Source: Eubacteriales bacterium (GTDB lineage: Bacteria > Bacillota > Clostridia > Oscillospirales > QAKW01). Taken from it: 64,000 nucleotides of DNA. A model generated the notes under the pieces. The model was given only the letters and a program-made list of their open reading frames with translations, searched no databases and was not told the DNA's origin. Of the stretch, positions 1 through 7,878 are shown piece by piece (within the stretch, counting starts at the first letter, position 1; the number at the start of each line of letters is the position of its first letter). The stretch covers positions 19,848 to 83,847 of the forward strand of contig JAZNXL010000014.1 of NCBI GenBank assembly GCA_045593905.1, given 5' to 3'. Made by a program: the position numbers and the translations under genes.

Positions 1-2
1 AG

Positions 3-185
3 ACATCGGTTGCAGGCTACGTTGGTGTTATTGACCTTACAAAAGCAGGCGACCTTATAAGAGGACGTACTTTCTCGGCGTTTATGCCGCTTATTGCGGT
101 TGCGCTTATTTATCTTGCAATGGTTATGATTTTAACATACTTTGTAGGACTTTTAGAAAGGAGGCTTCGCAAGAGTGACAGATAA
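3..185 (+). CDS. amino-acid ABC transporter permease, C-terminal fragment (gene begins upstream of window)
   Basis: Frame-3 translation [60 protein letters not shown]. It has a hydrophobic TM segment and a basic ERRLRK tail, as in polar amino-acid permeases. The stop overlaps the ATPase start. Confidence 0.6.
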   Translation, partial: TSVAGYVGVIDLTKAGDLIRGRTFSAFMPLIAVALIYLAMVMILTYFVGLLERRLRKSDR

Positions 186-915
186 TGTTATTAGTGTTAA
201 GGGTCTTAAAAAGCACTACCTTGGCGGTAGCATAAAGGCACTTGACGGCATTGATATGGACATTAAAAAGGGCGAGGTTGTGGTTGTTATTGGTCCTTCG
301 GGAAGCGGTAAATCAACCTTTTTACGAAGCCTTAATCTTACCGAAGCGCCAAGCGATGGCGAGATTTATTTTAACGGTGTTGACATTAACGGCAAAAATG
401 TTAATATTAATGTTCACCGTCAAAAAATGGGTATGGTGTTTCAGCACTTTAACCTGTTTCCACACATGACAATACTTAAAAACCTTACTATTGCACCCAT
501 AAAACTTAAGGGTATGTCAAAGGATGATGCGAAAAAGCTTGCGCTTGAAATGCTTGCGCGTGTTGGACTTGCAGACAGGGCAAACGACTATCCATCACAG
601 CTTTCGGGCGGACAAAAACAGCGTGTTGCGATTGTGCGCGCACTTTGTATGCAACCTGAGGTTATGCTGTTTGACGAGCCGACATCGGCGCTCGACCCCG
701 AAATGGTAGGCGAGGTACTTGACGTTATGCGCTCGCTTGCGGGCGAGGGTATGACAATGGTTGTTGTGACTCACGAAATGGGCTTTGCAAAAGAGGTTGG
801 CTCACGCGTGGTATTTATGGACAACGGTGTTGTTATTGAAGAGGGTTCACCAAATGATATATTTGATAACCCCAAAAACCCACGTCTTAAAGACTTTTTA
901 GGAAAAGTTTTATAA
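175..915 (+). CDS. polar amino-acid ABC transporter ATP-binding protein (GlnQ-like)
   Basis: Walker [13 protein letters not shown] signature [15 protein letters not shown], Walker [13 protein letters not shown]-loop VVTHEM. GTG start overlaps the permease end. Confidence 0.93.
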   Translation: MTDNVISVKGLKKHYLGGSIKALDGIDMDIKKGEVVVVIGPSGSGKSTFLRSLNLTEAPSDGEIYFNGVDINGKNVNINVHRQKMGMVFQHFNLFPHMTILKNLTIAPIKLKGMSKDDAKKLALEMLARVGLADRANDYPSQLSGGQKQRVAIVRALCMQPEVMLFDEPTSALDPEMVGEVLDVMRSLAGEGMTMVVVTHEMGFAKEVGSRVVFMDNGVVIEEGSPNDIFDNPKNPRLKDFLGKVL

Positions 916-931
916 ACTAAATACTAATTAA

Positions 932-959
932 AGGACACGAGAAATCGTGTCCTTTTTTT
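932..959 (+). terminator. rho-independent terminator of the ABC transporter operon
   Basis: Perfect 9-bp stem AGGACACGA / TCGTGTCCT with GAAA loop, followed by a T-run. Confidence 0.85.
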
Positions 960-1025
960 ATTTGTCACGTTGTTCGTTTTGTTCGTTTTAAGACGGTAAA
1001 ATGGAATTAGAAAGGAGAAAACGAG

Positions 1026-1256
1026 GTGGCAAAAACATTTGACGAAACAGTAAAAAAGATGTGCCGAAAAAGAATAGAATCACCCGACAGTCCTCTGCTT
1101 AAAGAGCGGTACACTGTTGAGGAGGCTATTGCCGAGGCGCTTATACGCAAGGCGTTTTCGGGTGCATCGGATGCGGTTAAGCTTTTGCGCGAGATACTCG
1201 GAACCGGCAGCTCACAAAAAGGTAATTTTCAAATTGACATTAAAGTGGTGGACTAA
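1026..1256 (+). CDS. short terminase small-subunit-like protein (76 aa)
   Basis: Sits immediately upstream of TerL and abuts it. The motif EALIRKAFSGASDAVKLLREIL resembles the C-terminal region of small terminases. GTG start 8 nt after GGAG. No HTH-like N-terminal domain is evident. Confidence 0.4.
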   Translation: MAKTFDETVKKMCRKRIESPDSPLLKERYTVEEAIAEALIRKAFSGASDAVKLLREILGTGSSQKGNFQIDIKVVD

Positions 1257-2615
1257 ATGGAGATTACCCTTACAAAAAGACAAAAGCAGTTTTGCGACGC
1301 CGACGCGTTTGAGGTGCTTTACGGCGGCGCTGCAGGTGGCGGCAAAAGCTACGGTCAGCTTGTTGACGCGTTTGTGTATGCACTTAAGTATCCTAAATCA
1401 AAGCAGATTATATTCAGGCGTACTTACGCCGAGCTTGAAAAATCACTGATACGCGCCGCTTACTCGCTGTATCCGAGCGAGGTATACAGTTATCAAAAAA
1501 CCGCTCACACGGGGACGTTTGTTAACGGTTCGATAATTGACTTTGCTTATTGCGACAGCGAGAGCGACGTGTATCGGTATCAATCAGCCGAGTACGACGT
1601 AATACGCTTTGACGAGCTTACGCATTTTACCGAGAGTATGTATGTGTATTTGACATCACGGTGCAGGGGTGCAAACCCATACCCCAAGCAGATAAAAAGC
1701 ACAACCAACCCCGGCGGTATAGGGCACTCGTGGGTAAAATCGCGGTTTATTGATATTGGTGCTTTTGAAAAGGTACACAAATGCCAAAAAACAACGCGGG
1801 TGTTTATACCTGCAACTATTAAGGATAACAGGTTTTTAATGGAGAGCGACCCTGAATACATAAAAAGGCTTGAAGCACTCGATGAGCGCGATAAAAAAGC
1901 GCTTTTATACGGTGAGTGGGAGCTTGCAGAGGGTCGGTTTTTCGATAGCTTTGAGCGTGATTTACACGTAATACGTCCTAGGCAAATTACAGGCGCTAAC
2001 TACTACATTGCTCTTGACTACGGTCTTGATATGCTTGCCGCCTACAAGGTGGCGGTTGACAGGCTTGGGTATGCATACGTTGTTGCCGAGGTATACGAGG
2101 GCAAAGACTCGGGCGGTGACGGACTTATTGTGTCGGAGGCGGCAAAGCGAATAAAAGAGCTTATAGGTAACGACAGCATTAAAGCGATATTTGCGCCGCC
2201 TGATTTATGGAACGCGCAAAAAGAGAGCGGCAAGAGTATTGCACGGCTATTTTATGAAAACGGCGTTAGCCTTAGTCGAGTTTCAAACGAGCGCGTGGCG
2301 GGTTGGATGCTGCTTAAAGAGTGGCTTAAGCCTACATACGATGAGTGCGGCGACAAAAACGCAAAGCTTAAAATATTTGATAACTGTACAAACCTTATAC
2401 GAACACTCGGCGCGATAATGTGCGATAAGCTTAACCCGTCTGATTGTGCAAATTATCCGCACGAGCTAACACACGCACCTGATGCTATGCGGTATTTTGT
2501 ATCGGGCAACCCGAAAAGCGCAAAGGTTTTAACACCGCAAAAAAGATATGGGTTTTCGTGTGAAATTCCAAAGCCGTCGGTGTACGGCATTGGTCAAAAA
2601 ATAGATATTATTTAA
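1257..2615 (+). CDS. terL: phage terminase large subunit
   Basis: Walker A GGAAGGGKSYG, Walker B YDVIRFDELTHF, and a C-terminal RNaseH-like nuclease region (IALDYGLDMLA ... HAPDAMRY). Confidence 0.9.
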   Translation: MEITLTKRQKQFCDADAFEVLYGGAAGGGKSYGQLVDAFVYALKYPKSKQIIFRRTYAELEKSLIRAAYSLYPSEVYSYQKTAHTGTFVNGSIIDFAYCDSESDVYRYQSAEYDVIRFDELTHFTESMYVYLTSRCRGANPYPKQIKSTTNPGGIGHSWVKSRFIDIGAFEKVHKCQKTTRVFIPATIKDNRFLMESDPEYIKRLEALDERDKKALLYGEWELAEGRFFDSFERDLHVIRPRQITGANYYIALDYGLDMLAAYKVAVDRLGYAYVVAEVYEGKDSGGDGLIVSEAAKRIKELIGNDSIKAIFAPPDLWNAQKESGKSIARLFYENGVSLSRVSNERVAGWMLLKEWLKPTYDECGDKNAKLKIFDNCTNLIRTLGAIMCDKLNPSDCANYPHELTHAPDAMRYFVSGNPKSAKVLTPQKRYGFSCEIPKPSVYGIGQKIDII

Positions 2616-2629
2616 AAAAAGGAGAGGCT

Positions 2630-2812
2630 ATGGTAACAGTAATTTTAATTTTACTTGTGCTTTTGGCGGTGCTGTTTATTTACACGCTTAAGAGCGCACC
2701 AAAATCAAAGCTAAAAATTAAAGAGGCAAGGCGGATAAATATGTTGCTTACCAACATTGAAAACTATAACGGAACACCGTCGGGTCAAAAAAGATTGGAG
2801 GGTAAAGAGTGA
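2630..2812 (+). CDS. small single-pass membrane protein (60 aa), unknown function
   Basis: N-terminal hydrophobic helix VTVILILLVLLAVLFIY followed by a basic tail. RBS GGAGAGG upstream. The stop overlaps the portal GTG start. Confidence 0.45.
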   Translation: MVTVILILLVLLAVLFIYTLKSAPKSKLKIKEARRINMLLTNIENYNGTPSGQKRLEGKE

Positions 2813-4272
2813 ATAGCACTGATGTAAAAGAGCTGTGGTCGCAGTATCAAAAATGCGATGACGTTATGCGTCAAATGGGCATTAATGCTGACACCGAACA
2901 GGCATATAGATTTTTCGAGGGCGACCAGTGGTACGGGCTTGAAAGCGGCGGCGAGCAGATGCCTGTTTACAACTTTATTTCGCCTATTGTCAAGTATAAA
3001 ACATCGATGGTGGCAATGAACAACATTGCAATTAACTATTCAGCGCCGACTGCGAGCGAGTACGTTTCAAAGGCGTGCGCTATGCTTTCAAAGCTCGCGC
3101 TTGCAAAATGGGAACGCTTAAAGATGGACTCAAAGTGTTGGGACATTGTTAAGTCGGCAATGATTGCAGGCGACAGCTACGCTTATTTTTATAACGGCGA
3201 CGGCGACTGTCAGGTTATTGACAGGACCGACATTATGTTTGCTGACGAAACCGAGCCTGACATTTCAAAGCAAAGCTACATTTTTATAAAAGAGCGTTTG
3301 GCGGTTGGTCAAATAAAGGAACAAGCTAAGAAAAACGGTATTAAGAATTTTGAGGATATTGTTGATGACGGCGAGGGTGACGGCAAGTGTACAGGTGTTT
3401 TAAAGCTTGAGCTTAAAGAGGGTGACCTTTATTATACACGATTTACAAAAAACGTGATATATCAGCCGACAAAGGTAATAAAAAACCTTGGCGTTTATCC
3501 TGTAGCTTCGTTTATATCTTCACCAAAGCGTTCGTCGGCAAGAGGTGTTGGCGAGGTTTTGCCCGTTGTACCTAATCAGATTGAGGTAAACCGCAACCTT
3601 GCGCGCAGGCTGCTTAATGCAAAGCTTACTGCTTATTCAAGGCTTGTATATGCCGCTGACAGAATTACAAACCCTAAAACGCTTACCGAGGTTGGAACTG
3701 CTATTGAGGTTGACGGCGGCGGTGTTAGTTCAATTAAAGATGCTATTACATACCTTACACCATCATCAATGTCACCCGATGCAAAGATGCTATCTGACGA
3801 GCTTTTGACAGTTTCAAAAGAGCTTGCAGGTGCAGGCGATGCGGCGCTTGGTAATATTGACCCGACACAAGCATCGGGCTCGGCAATTATTGCGGTACGC
3901 GACCAGTCGGCGCTTCCGCTTAACGAGCAAACTGCAAGATTTAAGCAATTTTGTGAGGAGGTCGCAAAAATATGGTACAGGCTATGGGCAGTATACGGCG
4001 CTGACGGCATTGAGCTTGAGGGCGGACAAACAATCTCGGGGGCATTGCTTTTGAAGTATGAGCCTGACATACGTGTTGACATTTCAAACACGAGTCCGTT
4101 TTCGAAATATGCGCGTGAGCAGGCTATTGAAAGGCTGTTTACTATGGGTCAGGTGACTTTTGAGGAATACGTTGAGCTTTTAGATGACGACAGCTCGGTA
4201 CCTAAAGCGAAACTTGAACATATTATAAAACAACGAGGAGGTATAAAAGATGGCGATTACCAAAATAAGTGA
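2809..4272 (+). CDS. phage portal protein
   Basis: 487 aa, directly downstream of TerL. Size, position and acidic C-terminus are typical of SPP1/HK97-type portals. Contains the motif YRFFEGDQWYG near the N-terminus. Confidence 0.75.
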   Translation: MNSTDVKELWSQYQKCDDVMRQMGINADTEQAYRFFEGDQWYGLESGGEQMPVYNFISPIVKYKTSMVAMNNIAINYSAPTASEYVSKACAMLSKLALAKWERLKMDSKCWDIVKSAMIAGDSYAYFYNGDGDCQVIDRTDIMFADETEPDISKQSYIFIKERLAVGQIKEQAKKNGIKNFEDIVDDGEGDGKCTGVLKLELKEGDLYYTRFTKNVIYQPTKVIKNLGVYPVASFISSPKRSSARGVGEVLPVVPNQIEVNRNLARRLLNAKLTAYSRLVYAADRITNPKTLTEVGTAIEVDGGGVSSIKDAITYLTPSSMSPDAKMLSDELLTVSKELAGAGDAALGNIDPTQASGSAIIAVRDQSALPLNEQTARFKQFCEEVAKIWYRLWAVYGADGIELEGGQTISGALLLKYEPDIRVDISNTSPFSKYAREQAIERLFTMGQVTFEEYVELLDDDSSVPKAKLEHIIKQRGGIKDGDYQNK

Positions 4273-4927
4273 TGAGCAATTAAACAGTGAAAAAAGATTT
4301 CATAAAAACCTTGATGATATACCTGGTAAAAGTGCAGACGATATGAAAGAGTTTATGGACTATGTTCCAAGACAGGTTATTATCCCAAAAATTAACGAGA
4401 TTGCTGACGAGGTGAACAAAATTTTACCTGAGTCGGAGGCATCGTCGCAGTATGCTTATACAATAGCGCAAACTGATGAGCTTTTAAGTAAAAAAGCAGA
4501 CAAAGATGAGCTGACACCCATTAACAACAGCCTTGACACAAAGGTTAATGCTGAGTTTGTTGAACAAAAAATTATTGAAAGCAAGCCTGTTGATTATATA
4601 GTAGAGCAAGGCACAAGCGGATTTTGGAAATATGAGAAATGGAACAGCGGTAAGTTTGTTTGCTACGGTAATAATTCGTATGCCTTCTTATCTAATAACC
4701 CAAGCGGCAGTATCTATTATAGTAATGCCACAACAATTGATTTTCCAAGCGGTTTTAACGAAGCACCGAGTTATGTGAGTGTTACAGCGCACAGACCGGT
4801 TGGGTTATACAGCTCGGTAGTTCAAGGTGTAACAAAATCAGGACTTGTTATGCTTATATATACACCTTATGCGGTTGACGAATACAATTACGATGTAAGC
4901 ATATATGCTGTCGGAAGATGGAAATAG
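4250..4927 (+). CDS. hypothetical virion protein, fibre/receptor-binding-like
   Basis: N-terminal coiled-coil-like segment, then a beta-rich C-terminal domain (GFWKYEKWNSGKFVCYG ...) resembling tail-fibre knob domains of Firmicute phages. Located just before holin and lysin, as fibres usually are. Confidence 0.35.
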   Translation: MAITKISDEQLNSEKRFHKNLDDIPGKSADDMKEFMDYVPRQVIIPKINEIADEVNKILPESEASSQYAYTIAQTDELLSKKADKDELTPINNSLDTKVNAEFVEQKIIESKPVDYIVEQGTSGFWKYEKWNSGKFVCYGNNSYAFLSNNPSGSIYYSNATTIDFPSGFNEAPSYVSVTAHRPVGLYSSVVQGVTKSGLVMLIYTPYAVDEYNYDVSIYAVGRWK

Positions 4928-4940
4928 CGAGGTTGTTAAA

Positions 4941-5381
4941 ATGGAAAGACTTAAATACTTAATAGTAGCCGTTGGCGGTGTGTTGGCAAGTTATTTTAGG
5001 GCGTATATTCCTCTTGTGGTGATTGTGGGAATATCGGTTTTATTTGACATCGTAACAGGTGTTGTTGCTGCACTTTACACAGGCGAGGGGCTAAACAGTA
5101 AAAAGGCAAGACGCGGAGCCCTTAAAAAAGCGACTATGTTCCTCGCGCTCGGGTTTGGAATATTTTTAGACTATCTTATACCGCTTGCGGTAAGTCAGGT
5201 GGGATTTTCGGCAGATATTAAGCTTATGTTTTCGAGCGTGATTGCGTTTTATATTGCGTTTTGCGAGTGTATATCGGTTTGCGAAAACATATTCAGATGC
5301 AACCCCGACGCGTTCCCAAAATGGATAGCAAGCCTGCTTACTGACGGCAAAAATCATTTAGACAAAAAAGGAGATAACTAA
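4941..5381 (+). CDS. phage holin (holin_4_1 / TcdE-like family)
   Basis: Three or four TM segments. The motif FDIVTGVVAALYTGEGLNSKKARRGALKKATMFLALGFGIFLDYL is typical of this holin family. I chose the ATG at 4941 (MERLKYL), which sits behind GAGG. The gene lies upstream of the lysin. Confidence 0.8.
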   Translation: MERLKYLIVAVGGVLASYFRAYIPLVVIVGISVLFDIVTGVVAALYTGEGLNSKKARRGALKKATMFLALGFGIFLDYLIPLAVSQVGFSADIKLMFSSVIAFYIAFCECISVCENIFRCNPDAFPKWIASLLTDGKNHLDKKGDN

Positions 5382-5959
5382 TGTTACCAATAACTAATAA
5401 TTACACAATAACTGCGGTGTTTGGGCAAACAGGTCAATACTGGGCAACAGCGCACAAGGGTATTGACTTTGTTAGCGACGACAAAAAGGTTGTTGCGGCA
5501 ACCAAGGGAACTGTAAGGGTTGTGGCTTTTGACGCGACCGGCTGGGGCAACTATGTAACAGTCGGCGATAAAAACGGATACATTCACATTTACTGCCATT
5601 TAAAATCGGTATCGGTTGTGGCAGGGCAAAAGGTGAGTATGGGCGATAGCATTGGCATTATGGGTGAAACCGGCAACGCAACAGGTGTTCATCTTCATTA
5701 CCAGATTAACGATGCAAACGGGGTGGCGATAAACCCTTCCGAGTTTTTGGGTATTAAAAACCAAAAGGGCAGTTTTGCAGCACCTGACTTGTATGCCGAC
5801 CATGGCAGTATTTCTGATTGGGCAAAAGAATCGGTTTACTTTGCAAGGCTTTCGGGCTTTATGGTTGGTGATGCAAACGGCAGGTTTAACCCGAGCGCGC
5901 CGCTTACACGCGAGCAGGCGGCAGTAATAATACACAATATTGCTAAAAATAAGGAGTAA
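5381..5959 (+). CDS. endolysin: M23 metallopeptidase fused to a C-terminal SLH cell-wall-binding domain
   Basis: M23 motifs HKGIDF (HxxxD) and GVHLHYQI (HxH). The C-terminus ISDWAKESVYFARLSGFMVGDANGRFNPSAPLTREQAAVIIHNI matches the SLH consensus. Start overlaps the holin stop. Confidence 0.85.
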   Translation: MLPITNNYTITAVFGQTGQYWATAHKGIDFVSDDKKVVAATKGTVRVVAFDATGWGNYVTVGDKNGYIHIYCHLKSVSVVAGQKVSMGDSIGIMGETGNATGVHLHYQINDANGVAINPSEFLGIKNQKGSFAAPDLYADHGSISDWAKESVYFARLSGFMVGDANGRFNPSAPLTREQAAVIIHNIAKNKE

Positions 5960-5964
5960 AAAAT

Positions 5965-6507
5965 ATGGAAAACAAAAATGTGGTAAACGACACACAACAG
6001 GCGGTCGTGGCGCCTGATATGGCAGTGAGTGAAAATAGCGGTGCTGTGAGCACAGATACGGGGGTCGCAAACCGTACACAAACTGCCGAGCAAAATTCCG
6101 GCTTTAGAAAAATGCGCCTTGAAAACGAGCGTTACAAAAAAGAGCTCGAGAGCGTAAAGAGTAAAAGCAACATTTATCTTAACAGGCTTGTTGAGAATAA
6201 AATGAAAAGCGACCTTGACGCAATAAAGGCGCTCGACCCCGAAGTGCAAAGCCTTGAAGGCATCGGCGACAGTTTTATTAAGCTTATTGAAAACGGCATT
6301 GACGCTATTACTGCATACTATGCCGTTAAAAAAGCAACCGACGGCAAGGAAAGCCAAAAGTCGCCCGAGAGCATTGGCATGGTTGGTGCGCCAAGGGTAC
6401 ATCAAAGCGAGTTTTACTCCTCGAGGGAACTTGACAGGTTAACAGCGCGCGACCTTGAAAACCCCGCAATTTATAAAAAAGCAATGGAATCATTAAAACG
6501 ACTTTAA
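5965..6507 (+). CDS. putative capsid scaffolding protein
   Basis: 180 aa, charged and helical (RLENERYKKELESVKSK), positioned immediately upstream of the major capsid gene. Confidence 0.5.
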   Translation: MENKNVVNDTQQAVVAPDMAVSENSGAVSTDTGVANRTQTAEQNSGFRKMRLENERYKKELESVKSKSNIYLNRLVENKMKSDLDAIKALDPEVQSLEGIGDSFIKLIENGIDAITAYYAVKKATDGKESQKSPESIGMVGAPRVHQSEFYSSRELDRLTARDLENPAIYKKAMESLKRL

Positions 6508-6524
6508 AAAAGGAGAACTAAATC

Positions 6525-7340
6525 ATGGCATATTCAAATTTTAAACCTACTATCTGGTCAAAATTTATTCAGACCGAGCTTGAAAAAAAGTGCAGACTTG
6601 TTGAGGACTGCTGGACACAGTTTGAGGGCGAAGCAAAGCAGGGCGCACGCGTTAAGATTTTAGGTGTTACCGCACCCGAAATTTTTGACTACGTTCCCGG
6701 CAATGGTATTCCTGCACCTACAACTATTGAGGGTACAAGCATTCAGCTTGATATTGACCAGGCAAAAGCATTCAACTTTATGATTGACGACATTGACAAG
6801 GCACAGTCGGTTAGCGGACTTATGGAAACTCTTATTAAAGAGGCTACCGCCAAAATGGCAAGAGCACGCGACAGCTACGTTGCTTCGCTTGCGAAAGATG
6901 CAGAGTACTTTGAAGAGTCTAATTTATACTTATCACCCGCCGAAGCAAAAAATGCTATTGACAGAGCGCTGTTACAGTTAAGAGAAAACGACGTTGATAT
7001 TGATGATGAGGTTACAATTACTGTATCACCTTTCTTTTATCAGCTTTTCCGCGATGCGCTTACCGAAATTAAAACCAACAACGACGAGCTTATTAAAAAA
7101 GGCGTTGTAGGTATGTATGACAACTGCAAGGTAAAGGTTTCAAACAACCTTTATAACGATGGCACCGATGACTATATTATGATTAGAACAAAACGCGCTA
7201 TCGCGTTTGCAGGCGCTATTGATGAGACTGAGGCTTACCGCCCCGAAAGCCACTTTGCTGACGCTGTAAAAGGTCTTAATGTTTTTGGTGCAAAGATTGT
7301 ACGACCCAAAGAACTTTACGTTATTAAGGCACACAGATAA
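6525..7340 (+). CDS. phage major capsid protein
   Basis: 271 aa. The N-terminus MAYSNFKPTIWSKFIQTELEKK resembles the (F/Y)xPxIWS start of small HK97-fold capsid proteins. Strong RBS AAGGAGAA. Follows the scaffold gene. Confidence 0.7.
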   Translation: MAYSNFKPTIWSKFIQTELEKKCRLVEDCWTQFEGEAKQGARVKILGVTAPEIFDYVPGNGIPAPTTIEGTSIQLDIDQAKAFNFMIDDIDKAQSVSGLMETLIKEATAKMARARDSYVASLAKDAEYFEESNLYLSPAEAKNAIDRALLQLRENDVDIDDEVTITVSPFFYQLFRDALTEIKTNNDELIKKGVVGMYDNCKVKVSNNLYNDGTDDYIMIRTKRAIAFAGAIDETEAYRPESHFADAVKGLNVFGAKIVRPKELYVIKAHR

Positions 7341-7372
7341 TAACGGCACAGTATAAAAAGGAGGTGTAAAGG

Positions 7373-7876
7373 GTGACAATAGGCGAGGCTAATAAAATTG
7401 TAAAATCGCTTATAGGCGAAGACGATTTTTATGACGTAAGCGACGTTATTGCAAGCTATTACGGTATTGCCCAAAGGCTTATAGCTACTACCGTCTGCCC
7501 TATAATAAAGTCAGTAACACTCAAGTGCGGAAAGGGTGTATTGCTTCCTGAAGACTTGTACCGAATTAAAAGCATTTCAAACGGCTATGTACGAACTGAC
7601 AAAACACACGTTGATATTGACGGCGAGGGCGAGGCTAAGGTGTGGTACTATGCGTATCCTACCGACGTTTCAGATAACACCCCCGATACATACGAGTTTG
7701 AGCTTGACCCCGAGGCGCAAAGTGCGTTGCCGTTTTATGCGGCGGCACAGACTGTTCTTGCCGATAGCGATATGCGAAGATACAACGCGTTTATTGATAG
7801 CTTTAATAACATACTTTCAAACATTGCCCAGGTCGATGCAAAGCCGTTTTTAACGGTTGTTAAAACAGAGGTGTAG
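7373..7876 (+). CDS. hypothetical protein, possible head-tail adaptor/head completion protein
   Basis: 167 aa directly after the capsid gene, with RBS AAGGAGGTG and a GTG start. The call rests on position only. Confidence 0.3.
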   Translation: MTIGEANKIVKSLIGEDDFYDVSDVIASYYGIAQRLIATTVCPIIKSVTLKCGKGVLLPEDLYRIKSISNGYVRTDKTHVDIDGEGEAKVWYYAYPTDVSDNTPDTYEFELDPEAQSALPFYAAAQTVLADSDMRRYNAFIDSFNNILSNIAQVDAKPFLTVVKTEV

Positions 7877-7878
7877 CC

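Noticed and set aside
993-1002. GGTAAAAT shared between the left (993-1002) and right (10831-10839) borders of the phage-like cluster, considered as possible att direct repeats.
   Set aside because: It is only an 8-mer. The same TGGTAAAAT string also occurs at 14711-14719, where it is an extended -10 box, so it is a promoter element and not an attachment-site duplication.
5600-6405. Two overlapping minus-strand ORFs (159 and 189 aa) opposite the lysin and scaffold genes.
   Set aside because: They are Cys/Arg-rich nonsense-like translations that overlap well-supported plus-strand genes (M23 motifs, SLH). No start context is present.
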